Source: Cyanobacteria bacterium P01_D01_bin.156 (GTDB lineage: Bacteria; Cyanobacteriota; Cyanobacteriia; Phormidesmidales; Phormidesmidaceae). Taken from it: DNA of 59,682 nucleotides. The stretch lies in NCBI GenBank assembly GCA_039024555.1, contig JBCCQQ010000038.1, forward strand, positions 1 through 59,682, read 5' to 3'. Shown here piece after piece: positions 30,493-41,901 of this stretch. Made by a program: the position numbers and the translations under genes. Each line of letters starts with the position of its first letter. Positions within the stretch are counted from its first letter, which is position 1. The notes beneath the pieces were generated by a model. The model did no database searches. It was not told the origin of the DNA and saw only the letters and a list, made by a program, of their open reading frames with translations.

Positions 30493-33474
30493 ATGACTTA
30501 TACCGTAAATCCCATACAGCAATATCTAAGTGATGCAGCGCCCTTTAGGTGTCTGTCGATAGATGTACTACAGTCTTTAGCTGAGAAAAGTCAGCTTTTA
30601 CGCTATCGCATTGGACAGCCCATCCTCAGACGCGAAACCATGCCTCATCAAGTGGTTTTAATTCGTGAGGGACAGGCGCGTTTGCTGGGGTATAACCCTT
30701 ATACTAATAGCCCCGTTACTCTGAAGCTTTTAGGAGCTGGCGATGTATTGGGTCTGGCTGGACCAGCCAGGGGAGTGGCCTGTGAAAGTGCGATCGCATC
30801 GACTGAAATTTTAGCCGTCGCAATTCCGGTCACAGCCATTAAACAACTGATGGCCTCCCACCTAGAATTTGCCAACGCCATTAAAAACCAGGGGTACCTG
30901 GCTGAACTGTTTGAAATACTTAGCAACTATTTTCAAAACCAGGCCCATAACGCAGGCAACATTGCCCCTTTAACTAACACCGTTTTGAATACCGGTGTGG
31001 TTATCAAAGAAGCCCCACCGGGACAGCTCAAACATAGTGATCTCGATAACCGCAACCTATGGTTTATCAGTCGCGGTAAAGTTGCCTTTCATGAAGAAGG
31101 CGGACAGCTGAGCCCCACTATGGCCTCGACAGAAGTGCTTGATCCACAAGGGGTACGCCTGGTAGGTATCCCAGCCACTGTGCTGACAGCCCAGGTGGAA
31201 ACCAAGGCCACTGAAGTCCTTGATGCAGATCCTTGGGCTTCTCCTACTGAAGAAGATGAAGTCTCAGATATTCCCTTTGCGGGAGCGCTGCCTCAAACGG
31301 TAGATTTGGATACTGATACCCCCCGCCAGGAGTATCCCCTGATTCGTGCCCGAGGTGAGATTGACTCCCTGCTCGCCTGTTTTGAAATGCTGGCCAGGCA
31401 TTTTGGCATGCCTTTTAAGCGGGATGTTGTCCGCAAAGTTCTCACTAACCAAAAAGAACGTCTGGGGCAGATCTCTTTACCAACCTGTGGGGCTATTGCT
31501 GACATGCTGGGGTTAAAACCTCAGCTAGCAAAAGTTCCCGCTAGCGCTATTGGCCGATTACCAAAGATTGCTCTGATTAAGTGGCGCGATAGCTACGCCC
31601 TACTTTACGAAACATCCGCCAAGCAGTATGTCATCGGCTCTCCTGAAGATCGAGAGTTGGTACGTCATTCTCCAGAAGCCTTTGAGGAAATTTGGGGTCC
31701 TGAGGGAGAGATCCTTTTACTGGAGACAACGGCCCAAACGCCCCAGCAACGCTTTGGCCTATCTTGGTTTGTTCCTTCCTTAAAGAAGTATAAGTGGATT
31801 CTAATTGAGGTTCTGATCGCCTCGTTTTTCTATCAGGTCTTTAGTCTGGCGAATCCCCTGATGATTCAGGTGATTATCGACCGGGTGATTGTGCAGCAGA
31901 GCGTAGATACGCTGCATGTGCTGGGAATTTTTCTAGTGATTGTGGCCGTTTTTGAAGCCATTTTGGGAGCTCTGCGCACCTATTTATTTGTCGATACCAC
32001 CAACCGGATCGACATGACTTTGGCCTCCCAAACCATTGACCACCTGCTACGTTTGCCCCTCAAGTACTTTGATCGTCGCCCGGTGGGTGAACTGTCTAGT
32101 CGGGTAAACGAGCTGGAAAATATTCGTCAGTTCTTAACCGGTACCGCCTTAACAGTAGTGCTAGACGCGGTATTTTCTGTGGTTTACATCATTGTGATGT
32201 TGATCTACAGCGTTAAGCTCACGGCGGTTTCATTGTCCACAATTCCTCTATTTTTGGGACTGACCTTTTTTGTGTCGCCTATTGTGCGGCGTCAGCTCCG
32301 GGCCAAAGCGGAGCAAAATGCTAGAACCCAGTCGTTCTTGGTGGAAGCCCTGTCTGGTATTCAAACCGTGAAGGCTCAAAATATTGAGCTCAATACCCGC
32401 TGGAAATGGCAGGATCGCTACAGTCGCTATGTGAGTGACGGCTTTAAGACGGTGCTTACTTCGACAACAGCGAGCTCTGCCAGTAACTTCCTTAATAAGC
32501 TATCGGGTCTACTGGTGCTGTGGTTTGGTGCCTACCTGGTGTTAGAGGGGGACCTTACCCTGGGGGAATTAATCGCATTCCGAATTATTTCTGGCTATGT
32601 GACTCAGCCTTTGCTGCGTTTAACCCAGCTCTGGCAAAACTTCCAGGAAACGGCCCTATCCTTGGAGCGTTTGAGCGACATTATCGACCATCCCCAGGAA
32701 CAGGAGGAAGCACAGCGCAGCCAGATTCCCATGCCGGACATCAAAGGTCACGTTCGTTACGAAAATCTGTCCTTCCGATTTGGCGCTTCTGGACCACTAC
32801 AGCTTTCCAACATCAATGCTGAATTCCAGGCCGGACAGTTTATTGGCTTGGTGGGCCTGAGTGGTTCGGGTAAAAGTACGATGATGAAACTGCTGCCCAG
32901 GCTATATGAGCCTAACTCTGGGCGGATCTTGATTGATAACTACGATATTAATAAGGTGGAGTTATACTCCCTCCGCCGTCAGGTGGGTATCGTGCCCCAG
33001 GATAGTTTGTTATTTGAAGGCACCATTCAGGAAAATATTGCTCTAACAAATCCTGAGGCAACAACTGAAGAGGTGATTAATGCAGCGAAAATTGCCTGCT
33101 GTCACGACTTTATTATGGAGATGGGGGTGGGCTACAACACTCGGGTCGGAGAACGGGGTTCATCCCTATCGGGGGGACAGCGCCAAAGAATTGCGATCGC
33201 TCGCACCATTATCCAAAATCCACGTCTATTGATTCTGGACGAGGCCACCAGTGCCCTCGACTACGATACCGAAGCTCAAGTCTCGATTAACCTTAAGAAG
33301 TGGGCCAAGGGCCGCACTGTCTTTTTCATTACCCACCGACTAGGAGCTCTGCGTAGCGCTGACAATATCCTAGTCATGGACCAGGGTTCCATCGTTGAAG
33401 AAGGCACCCACGAAGAACTCCTAGCGCTTAAGGGTCGCTACTACTGTCTACACCAGCAACAAGGGAACGGTTAG
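30493..33474 (+). CDS. Type I secretion ABC transporter, HlyB-like (cNMP-binding, C39-like, TMD, NBD)
   Basis: GLSGSGKST Walker A, LSGGQRQR signature and ILDEATSALD Walker B, with N-terminal cNMP-like and C39-like domains. Confidence 0.93.
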   Translation: MTYTVNPIQQYLSDAAPFRCLSIDVLQSLAEKSQLLRYRIGQPILRRETMPHQVVLIREGQARLLGYNPYTNSPVTLKLLGAGDVLGLAGPARGVACESAIASTEILAVAIPVTAIKQLMASHLEFANAIKNQGYLAELFEILSNYFQNQAHNAGNIAPLTNTVLNTGVVIKEAPPGQLKHSDLDNRNLWFISRGKVAFHEEGGQLSPTMASTEVLDPQGVRLVGIPATVLTAQVETKATEVLDADPWASPTEEDEVSDIPFAGALPQTVDLDTDTPRQEYPLIRARGEIDSLLACFEMLARHFGMPFKRDVVRKVLTNQKERLGQISLPTCGAIADMLGLKPQLAKVPASAIGRLPKIALIKWRDSYALLYETSAKQYVIGSPEDRELVRHSPEAFEEIWGPEGEILLLETTAQTPQQRFGLSWFVPSLKKYKWILIEVLIASFFYQVFSLANPLMIQVIIDRVIVQQSVDTLHVLGIFLVIVAVFEAILGALRTYLFVDTTNRIDMTLASQTIDHLLRLPLKYFDRRPVGELSSRVNELENIRQFLTGTALTVVLDAVFSVVYIIVMLIYSVKLTAVSLSTIPLFLGLTFFVSPIVRRQLRAKAEQNARTQSFLVEALSGIQTVKAQNIELNTRWKWQDRYSRYVSDGFKTVLTSTTASSASNFLNKLSGLLVLWFGAYLVLEGDLTLGELIAFRIISGYVTQPLLRLTQLWQNFQETALSLERLSDIIDHPQEQEEAQRSQIPMPDIKGHVRYENLSFRFGASGPLQLSNINAEFQAGQFIGLVGLSGSGKSTMMKLLPRLYEPNSGRILIDNYDINKVELYSLRRQVGIVPQDSLLFEGTIQENIALTNPEATTEEVINAAKIACCHDFIMEMGVGYNTRVGERGSSLSGGQRQRIAIARTIIQNPRLLILDEATSALDYDTEAQVSINLKKWAKGRTVFFITHRLGALRSADNILVMDQGSIVEEGTHEELLALKGRYYCLHQQQGNG

Positions 33475-33476
33475 CC

Positions 33477-35024
33477 ATGACATCTCAACAAGTACAAAAC
33501 GGCGGTGTTCCTGCACCTAATGTGCCAAATACTAACGGCAACGGCCGTAGCCCCTCCTTTGATCAGCCGGTGATTCTGCGGCAGTCTCCCATTTGGGCCC
33601 AGGCCATTGTGTGGGCCATTCTTGGCGTGACTACCATCAGTGTTATCTGGGCGATCTTAGCCAAAGTGGAAGAAACCATTCCTGCCCAAGGCAAGCTGGA
33701 GCCTGTCGGCGTGGTGCAGCCAGTGCAAACTCCCAGTGGAGGTGTGATTGAAAAAATCCATGTGCGTGAAGGTGACCTAGTAGAAAAAGGAGATGTGTTG
33801 ATCACCTTTAACCAGGAAGCTGCTAGGGCTGAATTGGCGTCTCTACAAAATATTCGCAACCAGCTCAATACTCAGAGCGAGTTTTACCGCGCCCAAAATG
33901 GTAACACTGAGTCAGCCAGCATAACTGGCACTAGCGATCTTGAACAACGCTTGGAAGAAAAAAATGAGCTGCTGGCCAGCAACCGAATCTATCAAGCACA
34001 GCTCGATGGCAATATGTCAGGACTCTCCGACTTCGAAATTGTTGAAGCCGAGAGCCCTCGACAAGAATTTCTCGATCGCCAAAGCCAAAACCAAGACCAA
34101 ATCAAAGATTTAGAAGGGCGTTTGGAGCAAGCCCGTCTAAACTTAAAAAATGCGGAAAATGATTTAGCCACTAACGAAGAGATTCTTGAACGTCTAGAAT
34201 GGCTGGAGAGTCAGGGAGCTGTAGCTGAATTAAATCGACTGCAACAGGCTCAGGAAGTCAGTGCCCGTATTGCCCAGGTGGGTAATTTTAGGGAGGAGAT
34301 CATTCGGCTTGACGCTCAAATTAATCAGGCCAAAATAGAACTTTCACGAGCAGAAGCAGAGTTTAACAGTGCTCGTGAAAGCCAGATTCGCAATAACCGC
34401 GAACGCATTTCCAACATTGATAGCAGCTTGGGACAGACAATTCTTCAAAATCAAACCCAGGAATTAGAAATTGAAAGTCGTATTGCCCAGCTACAAGAAC
34501 AACTTCAGTTTCGTGAGCTAAAAGCCCCGGTTAGTGGAGCTGTATTTAACCTAAAGGCTAACCAACCGGGGTATGCCGCTAACTCGACTGAACCTATCTT
34601 AGAAATTGTCCCCCAGGAGAATCTCATTGCTCGGGTATTTATTCCTAACAAAGACATTGGTTTTGTTCAACTCAATGATGATTGTCGGACTGCGGTACGC
34701 GCAGAAAACCAGGCTGGCATTGAAGAGAATTGCAAACAGGTTGATGTGCGTATTGACGCCTTTACTTACAGTGAATATGGCGATATCGATGGTCATTTAG
34801 TCCGCATTGGTGATGATGCATTACCCCCTGATGAGATTTATCCTTTCTATCGATTTCCTGCTGAAATTCAGCTAAAATCTCAGGTCCTAGAGTCCCGTGA
34901 TGAGACATTTACTCTGCGGTCTGGTATGTCCATTAACGCTAATATCAAAACAGAAAAGCGCACGGTGATTTCATTCTTTACCGATCTGTTTGTTCGTAAG
35001 AAGGATAGTTTCTTCTCTAAGTAG
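33477..35024 (+). CDS. HlyD-family membrane fusion protein
   Basis: Single TM, VREGDLVEKGDVL lipoyl half-motif, long coiled coil, LKAPVSGAV and LRSGMS motifs. Confidence 0.93.
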   Translation: MTSQQVQNGGVPAPNVPNTNGNGRSPSFDQPVILRQSPIWAQAIVWAILGVTTISVIWAILAKVEETIPAQGKLEPVGVVQPVQTPSGGVIEKIHVREGDLVEKGDVLITFNQEAARAELASLQNIRNQLNTQSEFYRAQNGNTESASITGTSDLEQRLEEKNELLASNRIYQAQLDGNMSGLSDFEIVEAESPRQEFLDRQSQNQDQIKDLEGRLEQARLNLKNAENDLATNEEILERLEWLESQGAVAELNRLQQAQEVSARIAQVGNFREEIIRLDAQINQAKIELSRAEAEFNSARESQIRNNRERISNIDSSLGQTILQNQTQELEIESRIAQLQEQLQFRELKAPVSGAVFNLKANQPGYAANSTEPILEIVPQENLIARVFIPNKDIGFVQLNDDCRTAVRAENQAGIEENCKQVDVRIDAFTYSEYGDIDGHLVRIGDDALPPDEIYPFYRFPAEIQLKSQVLESRDETFTLRSGMSINANIKTEKRTVISFFTDLFVRKKDSFFSK

Positions 35025-35056
35025 ACGATTGTTCTCGGCCATCTTTTTAATACGTT

Positions 35057-35102
35057 TACCGGTATTTCCCCACGTTTACGTAGGAAGATACCGGTATTTT
35101 TT
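35057..35102 (+). terminator. Terminator after the type I secretion operon
   Basis: TACCGGTAT...ATACCGGTA stem followed by a T-run. Confidence 0.65.
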
Positions 35103-35128
35103 ATAACACTCTTTTGTAAAAGAGTGCT

Positions 35129-35566
35129 TCATGCATTATCAGAAATGGCTTTAATTCTAAGGGTGGGGGTAAAAGGAACATGGGTGCTTGAGCCTTCTGT
35201 TCCAATTTTATCCAATAATACTGTCGGAGTAGCACGTTGACCAAGCTGATAGTAAATGGCTCGAGCTTGGGGACCAAAGACAATTTCGTCCTCATTCTTT
35301 AGATTATGGGCCTGTCGCTTTTGACCATTAATTAACATACCGTTGGCACCAGACTTACCTCTCAGATTGCCATCGACAATGCGGTAAAAGTAAGTTTCGT
35401 CATCCCTTGGCAGTTGAACTAGGATGGCATGGTGTCTACAAACAAATTGAGAATCTAAGTGAATATCACAGGCCGTATCACGTCCTAGTAAATAGGTAGA
35501 GCTATCAAGCAGAATCTCGCGTCTGCCGTTGCTATCTTCCACAATGAGAATGCTAGTAAGATCCAT
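35129..35566 (-). CDS. Stand-alone FHA-domain protein
   Basis: LGR, RHHA, NGMLING and LKNEDEIVFG motifs. Confidence 0.88.
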   Translation of the reverse strand: MDLTSILIVEDSNGRREILLDSSTYLLGRDTACDIHLDSQFVCRHHAILVQLPRDDETYFYRIVDGNLRGKSGANGMLINGQKRQAHNLKNEDEIVFGPQARAIYYQLGQRATPTVLLDKIGTEGSSTHVPFTPTLRIKAISDNA

Positions 35567-36473
35567 TGGTTTTATAATCGTGACGATTCTTTCAGTCTGT
35601 CAGCTGTTATAGATGCTGTAGCAACGGCTGAATACACCTAGCTGTTGCTACGCAGTCAGCCGTTTGCTACGCAGTTGTTGCCACCGACTTCTTCTAGTGG
35701 CTACATAGCAACAACTAGTGCATTAGGCGATAAAGCAAATCCCCTTGGGCACTTTATCTACGGCAGCCTAAGGGGATATTGAGGCGGAACTCATCGTTCT
35801 ATATTCAGTTAGGCATTACCATGATTCGCGCTCAAACAGTTTTGCTCGTACCCAAGCTGCCCAGAGAAAAGGCTGTAGAAACACCCACACGACACATCGA
35901 CGCCAAAGGCTAGGTTTATTCTGAGTTTTCGTTTCGTCAGTCGCTACTGCATTGGGGGTTAACGATAAAGCTACTGTTACTAGCATGGGGGTGAGAAATA
36001 ATTTTGTGGAACTAGGCTCTTGGTCGCTATGGTTGTCGGTTACGACAGCATAGTTGGGTTCACACAGGGATTGAATGCCATGGTGGTGTTTCTCGGAGTG
36101 TCAGGTTCAACGGCTATGCTCTTGATAACAACCGTGAACATTACCTGGAGAATCAGCGATAGCATCTACAAATTTCAGCCGTTTGGTTGAAATCTTATGG
36201 TCAACATATCAATCTCTTAAGATTTGAATAGCCACTTTTAGGAAGTTGATTAAACTGGCACACCAAGCATGTTTATCTTAAGTTTATGGTTTCTAGCGGT
36301 ATGCCCACACATGCTTTACCTAAATCGTACGTAACTAGGTGCTTGGCACGATTAACGGACGGCAATAATCAGAGGTAGCAATGCGATCGCACTTTTCCCC
36401 TAGGGATATATCCACTTAAACAACTGACACACAGCTATCCGGACATGAAACCGAACATATGGGCATCGTTCGA

Positions 36474-39110
36474 TTAGGCGGCTTTATCATCTGTCGACTC
36501 AGCCTTTTTGACCTGAAACTTGAGACGGTCCTCAATGTAGTCAATCACCACCTGACTACCTTCCACAAAGGTATTTTCCAGAATTTTGGTCGCAATGGGA
36601 TTTTCTAACTCCCGCTGAATTGCCCGCTTCAGCGGTCGTGCTCCGTACACCGGGTCGTAGCCCTTATCTGACACATAATCAATGGCCGACTCTGACACAT
36701 GGAGCGCAATTTTTTGGTCTGCCAATAGCTTATATAGCCGTTTCAACTGAATAGTGACAATAGACCTGAGCTCATCCTTGCTAAGGGGATGGAAGATAAT
36801 TAAATCATCCACACGGTTCAGAAATTCTGGCCGGAAATGGCCCCGCAAAGCGCCTAGCACTCGCTCCTGCATTTCATCAAACTGGGATTCGTCTCCTGCC
36901 ACATCAAGGATATGATCGCTACCGATATTGCTGGTCATGACAATCACCGTATTGCGAAAGTCCACCGTCCGTCCCTGAGAGTCAGTGATGCGACCATCGT
37001 CCAGTACCTGCAGCAGAATATTAAACACATCTGGATGGGCTTTCTCGACCTCATCCAGTAACACCACAGAGTAGGGGTGGCGACGCACCGCTTCCGATAG
37101 CTGACCACCCTCTTCATAGCCCACATATCCAGGGGGAGCACCAATCAGCCGAGCAACGGAATGCTTTTCCATGTACTCCGACATATCCACCCGTACCAGG
37201 GCTTCTTCCGTATCAAACAAACAGTCCGCTAAAGCCCGGGCCAGTTCAGTTTTACCCACCCCTGTCGGTCCCATAAATAAGAATGAACCAATGGGACGGC
37301 CAGGATCTTTCATACCTGCCCGAGCTCGCCGAATTGCCGCTGCCACAGCCGTCACCGCTTCACTTTGGCCGACTACCCGCTGATGGAGATACCCCTCCAA
37401 CTGCAACAACTTTTGTCGCTCTGTTTCCATTAGCCGGTTAACCGGAATACCTGTCCAGTTAGCAACAATCTCGGCAATGTCCGCTTCGCTTACCTGCTCT
37501 CGCAGCAGCGTGGACCCCTTATTTTGCATCTCTTGTAGCTGACCGTCTAAAATCTCCAGCTCTTGCTGCACGGCTTCCAACCGTCCGTACTTAATCTGGG
37601 CCGCTCGATTCAAGTCATAAGCTCGTTCTGCTTGTTCCACCTGTACCCGCAGCTGATCTTCTTCCTGCTTTAAAGCCGTAATCGCATCTAAGGCTTGCTT
37701 TTCTGCCTGCCACTGGGTCGTTAGCCGCTGTTGTTTAACGGAGAGTTTTTCCATCTCTTTTTGAATGCGGCTGAGGCGCTGCTTAGAGGTGCGCGATGTG
37801 GATTCTTCACCCTGCAAAGAAAGTTTCTCCATCTCTAGCTGGCGCAGGCGTCGATCGATGGTTTCCAGTTCCACCGGTTTGGACGTAATCTCCATCTTTA
37901 ACTTGGCAGCAGCTTCGTCAATTAGGTCAATGGCCTTATCGGGAAGGAAGCGATCGCTAATGTAGCGATCCGATAATGTTGCCGCTGCCACCAGCGCTGA
38001 ATCTACGATCTTTACTCCATGGTGGGCTTCGTAACGTTCCTTAAGACCTCGCAAAATGGAGATGGCATCCTCAACACTGGGCTGACCAATGTATACCTGT
38101 TGAAAGCGACGCTCCAGAGCCGCATCCTTTTCAATATGCTTGCGATATTCATCTAGGGTGGTCGCCCCAATACATCGCAGTTCGCCCCTGGCCAAAATAG
38201 GTTTGAGCAAGTTGCCAGCATCCACATTGCTGTTGCCACCGCCAGCACCTACCACCGTGTGCAATTCATCAATAAACAGCACCACCTGGCCATCGGACTC
38301 AGCGACTTCCTTAAGCACCGACCGTAACCGTTCTTCAAATTCTCCTCGGTACTTAGCGCCAGCAATTAAGCTACCAATATCCAAGGAAATCAGCTGGCGA
38401 TCCTTTAAAGACTCAGGCACATCACCATTGACAATTCGCTGGGCCAATCCCTCGGCAATCGCCGTTTTACCGACACCGGGCTCACCGATCAATACCGGAT
38501 TATTTTTAGTACGTCGTGACACCACCTGAATCACTCGACGAATCTCTTCATCACGGCCAATCACCGGATCGAGCTTGCCATGTTTAGCCTCGTCGGTCAG
38601 ATCACGTCCGTACTTTTCTAAGGCTTCATAGGCATCCTCTGGATTTTGCCCCGTGGCCTTTTGTTTACCTCGCACCTGGTTAATGGCAGTACGGATATCA
38701 GCCACATCAAGCTCAAATCCCTTTAATAGGCGGCGACCAATACGCTCATCTTCGGCAAACCCGAGCAACATATGCTCAACAGAAATAATGTCATCCTGCA
38801 ATAGCTGACGGGCAGCCTCTACCTGGTCCAACATTTTGTCCAGACTTTGTCCAAGGTATAAGCTGCTATCTGCTGCTGCTCGCCCCCGAGGCTGACGTTG
38901 GGAAAACGTTTCTAACTCCTGTAAAAGCAGTTCAGGCTTCAGATTGGCTTTAGTTAAAATGGAATCCGCTAATCCCTGCTGCTCCAGCAGTGCCACCATG
39001 ACGTGCTCTACCTCCAGATACTGTTGACGAAATCGTCTGGCAACATCTTGAGCCTGAACAATGGCATCCCATGCCTTGGCGGTAAACTTATCGGGATTAG
39101 ATGGCTGCAT
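36474..39110 (-). CDS. clpB: ATP-dependent chaperone ClpB
   Basis: Two AAA+ modules ([16 protein letters not shown]), middle coiled-coil domain and GARPLKR motif. Confidence 0.97.
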   Translation of the reverse strand: MQPSNPDKFTAKAWDAIVQAQDVARRFRQQYLEVEHVMVALLEQQGLADSILTKANLKPELLLQELETFSQRQPRGRAAADSSLYLGQSLDKMLDQVEAARQLLQDDIISVEHMLLGFAEDERIGRRLLKGFELDVADIRTAINQVRGKQKATGQNPEDAYEALEKYGRDLTDEAKHGKLDPVIGRDEEIRRVIQVVSRRTKNNPVLIGEPGVGKTAIAEGLAQRIVNGDVPESLKDRQLISLDIGSLIAGAKYRGEFEERLRSVLKEVAESDGQVVLFIDELHTVVGAGGGNSNVDAGNLLKPILARGELRCIGATTLDEYRKHIEKDAALERRFQQVYIGQPSVEDAISILRGLKERYEAHHGVKIVDSALVAAATLSDRYISDRFLPDKAIDLIDEAAAKLKMEITSKPVELETIDRRLRQLEMEKLSLQGEESTSRTSKQRLSRIQKEMEKLSVKQQRLTTQWQAEKQALDAITALKQEEDQLRVQVEQAERAYDLNRAAQIKYGRLEAVQQELEILDGQLQEMQNKGSTLLREQVSEADIAEIVANWTGIPVNRLMETERQKLLQLEGYLHQRVVGQSEAVTAVAAAIRRARAGMKDPGRPIGSFLFMGPTGVGKTELARALADCLFDTEEALVRVDMSEYMEKHSVARLIGAPPGYVGYEEGGQLSEAVRRHPYSVVLLDEVEKAHPDVFNILLQVLDDGRITDSQGRTVDFRNTVIVMTSNIGSDHILDVAGDESQFDEMQERVLGALRGHFRPEFLNRVDDLIIFHPLSKDELRSIVTIQLKRLYKLLADQKIALHVSESAIDYVSDKGYDPVYGARPLKRAIQRELENPIATKILENTFVEGSQVVIDYIEDRLKFQVKKAESTDDKAA

Positions 39111-39190
39111 GGGGTTTGAATAAAGAGCTGGCAGGAAAACAACGATTAATCAGTATATCAAGCGGGGGAGTGCGCTCGCGGTGTGCGCAT

Positions 39191-39245
39191 TCGGAAGTCG
39201 GAAGTCGGAATTTGGAGGTCAGAAGAAAATCTGATTCCGACTTCC
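39191..39245. repeat. STRR-like heptamer repeats (TCGGAAG)n with an inverted partner
   Basis: TCGGAAG TCGGAAG TCGGAAT TTGGAGG TCAGAAG, then TTCCGACTTCC. Confidence 0.7.
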
Positions 39246-39254
39246 AAACTATCT

Positions 39255-39680
39255 CTAAGCCGTAACCACTGCCTCCTCAACCTGGGCTACCGGCTTTTCC
39301 TTTAACTGAATCAGTTCAACCTTATAACCATCGGGATCGGTCACAAACGCGATTACCGTAGTGCCATGCTTCATGGGACCCGGTTCACGCACAACGTTAC
39401 CGCCCCGCGCTTTAATGTCTTCGCAGGTTTTGTAAATATCGTCTACACCAAGGGCAATGTGCCCATAGCCCTCACCGAGATCGTAGGATTCTACGCCCCA
39501 GTTATGGGTAAGTTCTAGAACCGTGTGGTCACTTTCATCGCCATAGCCCACAAATGCCAATGTAAACTTACCGCCTGGGTAGTCTTTCCGACGTAACAGG
39601 GTCATGCCCAGCACATCACAATAAAACTGAAGTGACTTCTCTAAATTACCCACTCGCAACATCGTATGCAGTAAACGCAT
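39255..39680 (-). CDS. gloA: Lactoylglutathione lyase (glyoxalase I)
   Basis: [23 protein letters not shown] and [10 protein letters not shown] motifs. Confidence 0.96.
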   Translation of the reverse strand: MRLLHTMLRVGNLEKSLQFYCDVLGMTLLRRKDYPGGKFTLAFVGYGDESDHTVLELTHNWGVESYDLGEGYGHIALGVDDIYKTCEDIKARGGNVVREPGPMKHGTTVIAFVTDPDGYKVELIQLKEKPVAQVEEAVVTA

Positions 39681-39915
39681 CGTAACCACTCCCTTAAGCT
39701 CAATTTGCCTTAATCCTAGCGCTGGTTTGGATTAATACTGAATTCGCTAAAGACCCCTAGACAAGTTGATGTGCTTTTCCTTACATTTTGCGCTGTCAAC
39801 CTATCGTTGATGCAAGATAGCACCGTATGCTGGTTTATCGTGCCGATATGCTTTGGCGTTTGCTAAAGATTGGCATATTGCCAGCGAGTCCTAATGCCTG
39901 TTCATTTAAAGTTAA

Positions 39916-41226
<1,311 letters not shown>

Positions 41227-41238
41227 GGAACGGGATAA

Positions 41239-41269
41239 AGGAAAAGCATTTCTAATAAATGCTTTTCCT
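41239..41269. terminator. Hairpin between convergent genes (probable terminator)
   Basis: Perfect 13-bp stem AGGAAAAGCATTT-CTAAT-AAATGCTTTTCCT. Confidence 0.75.
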
Positions 41270-41284
41270 CAAAGTTAAATGAGT

Positions 41285-41623
41285 CTAATCCAAACCGGCC
41301 AATGATTTTGCTGCAGCTACAAAGGGTTTTGCAAGAGGATGACGAATAGCTTCTTCAACAGCGGAAAATCCAAAAGACTGGCATGCTTTCATGATCCGGT
41401 CTCGCAATGTAATGTCTGAACTTAGGCGCTGCGCAATGGCCGTTGATGCTTGAGGAGTGTCTGTTCCGAAATCAGAGCCATACTCTTTTGAAAGTTCTTC
41501 TAAAAGAGAACGAATTTGTTGAACCGTTGCTGTTAAATCAGGCTGTGTATTAAACACAGTTTTGTTACCTAAAACCTGATCACCACCGAAAATGACGGTG
41601 CCAGTTTGATGCAGGTCTGCCAT
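41285..41623 (-). CDS. Small helical protein with an N-terminal GDQVLGNK motif
   Basis: 112-aa ORF with an AAGGTG RBS. The body (VQQIRSLLEELS...TLRDRI...AVEEAIRHP) resembles the helical C-terminal domain of many cyanobacterial pentapeptide-repeat/COR/CHAT proteins. Confidence 0.75.
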   Translation of the reverse strand: MADLHQTGTVIFGGDQVLGNKTVFNTQPDLTATVQQIRSLLEELSKEYGSDFGTDTPQASTAIAQRLSSDITLRDRIMKACQSFGFSAVEEAIRHPLAKPFVAAAKSLAGLD

Positions 41624-41901
41624 TTTACACCTTTAAATTAATGCCTTAGTAAATACTCTAGGAAACTAATTCCTGCACATCTGAGCCCAGGTTAACAAAT
41701 CGAATAAGAATCTGTACGTTGCTAAAAGGCTACTTTAAAGAGCCCGAACCAGGTATCAGATGGTACTGAGGTGCTAAATCAGAGCACTCTCAAACCTAAT
41801 TCCATTATGCCAAACTTGTAAGGTCCGATATGTCTAAATCTAAGTAGCAAGGTTTTTCATAGACCTCTAAGGTTCCAATTTTCATAGAGAGAAAGTATAT
41901 A

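Noticed and set aside
29728..35024. Bacteriocin/RiPP cluster suggested by the C39-type ABC transporter
   Set aside because: The catalytic Cys appears absent, and I saw no double-glycine or Nif11 precursor or modifying enzyme nearby.
41805..41885. 26-codon minus-strand ORF between the two motif-sharing genes
   Set aside because: Too short, no shared motif and no clear RBS.
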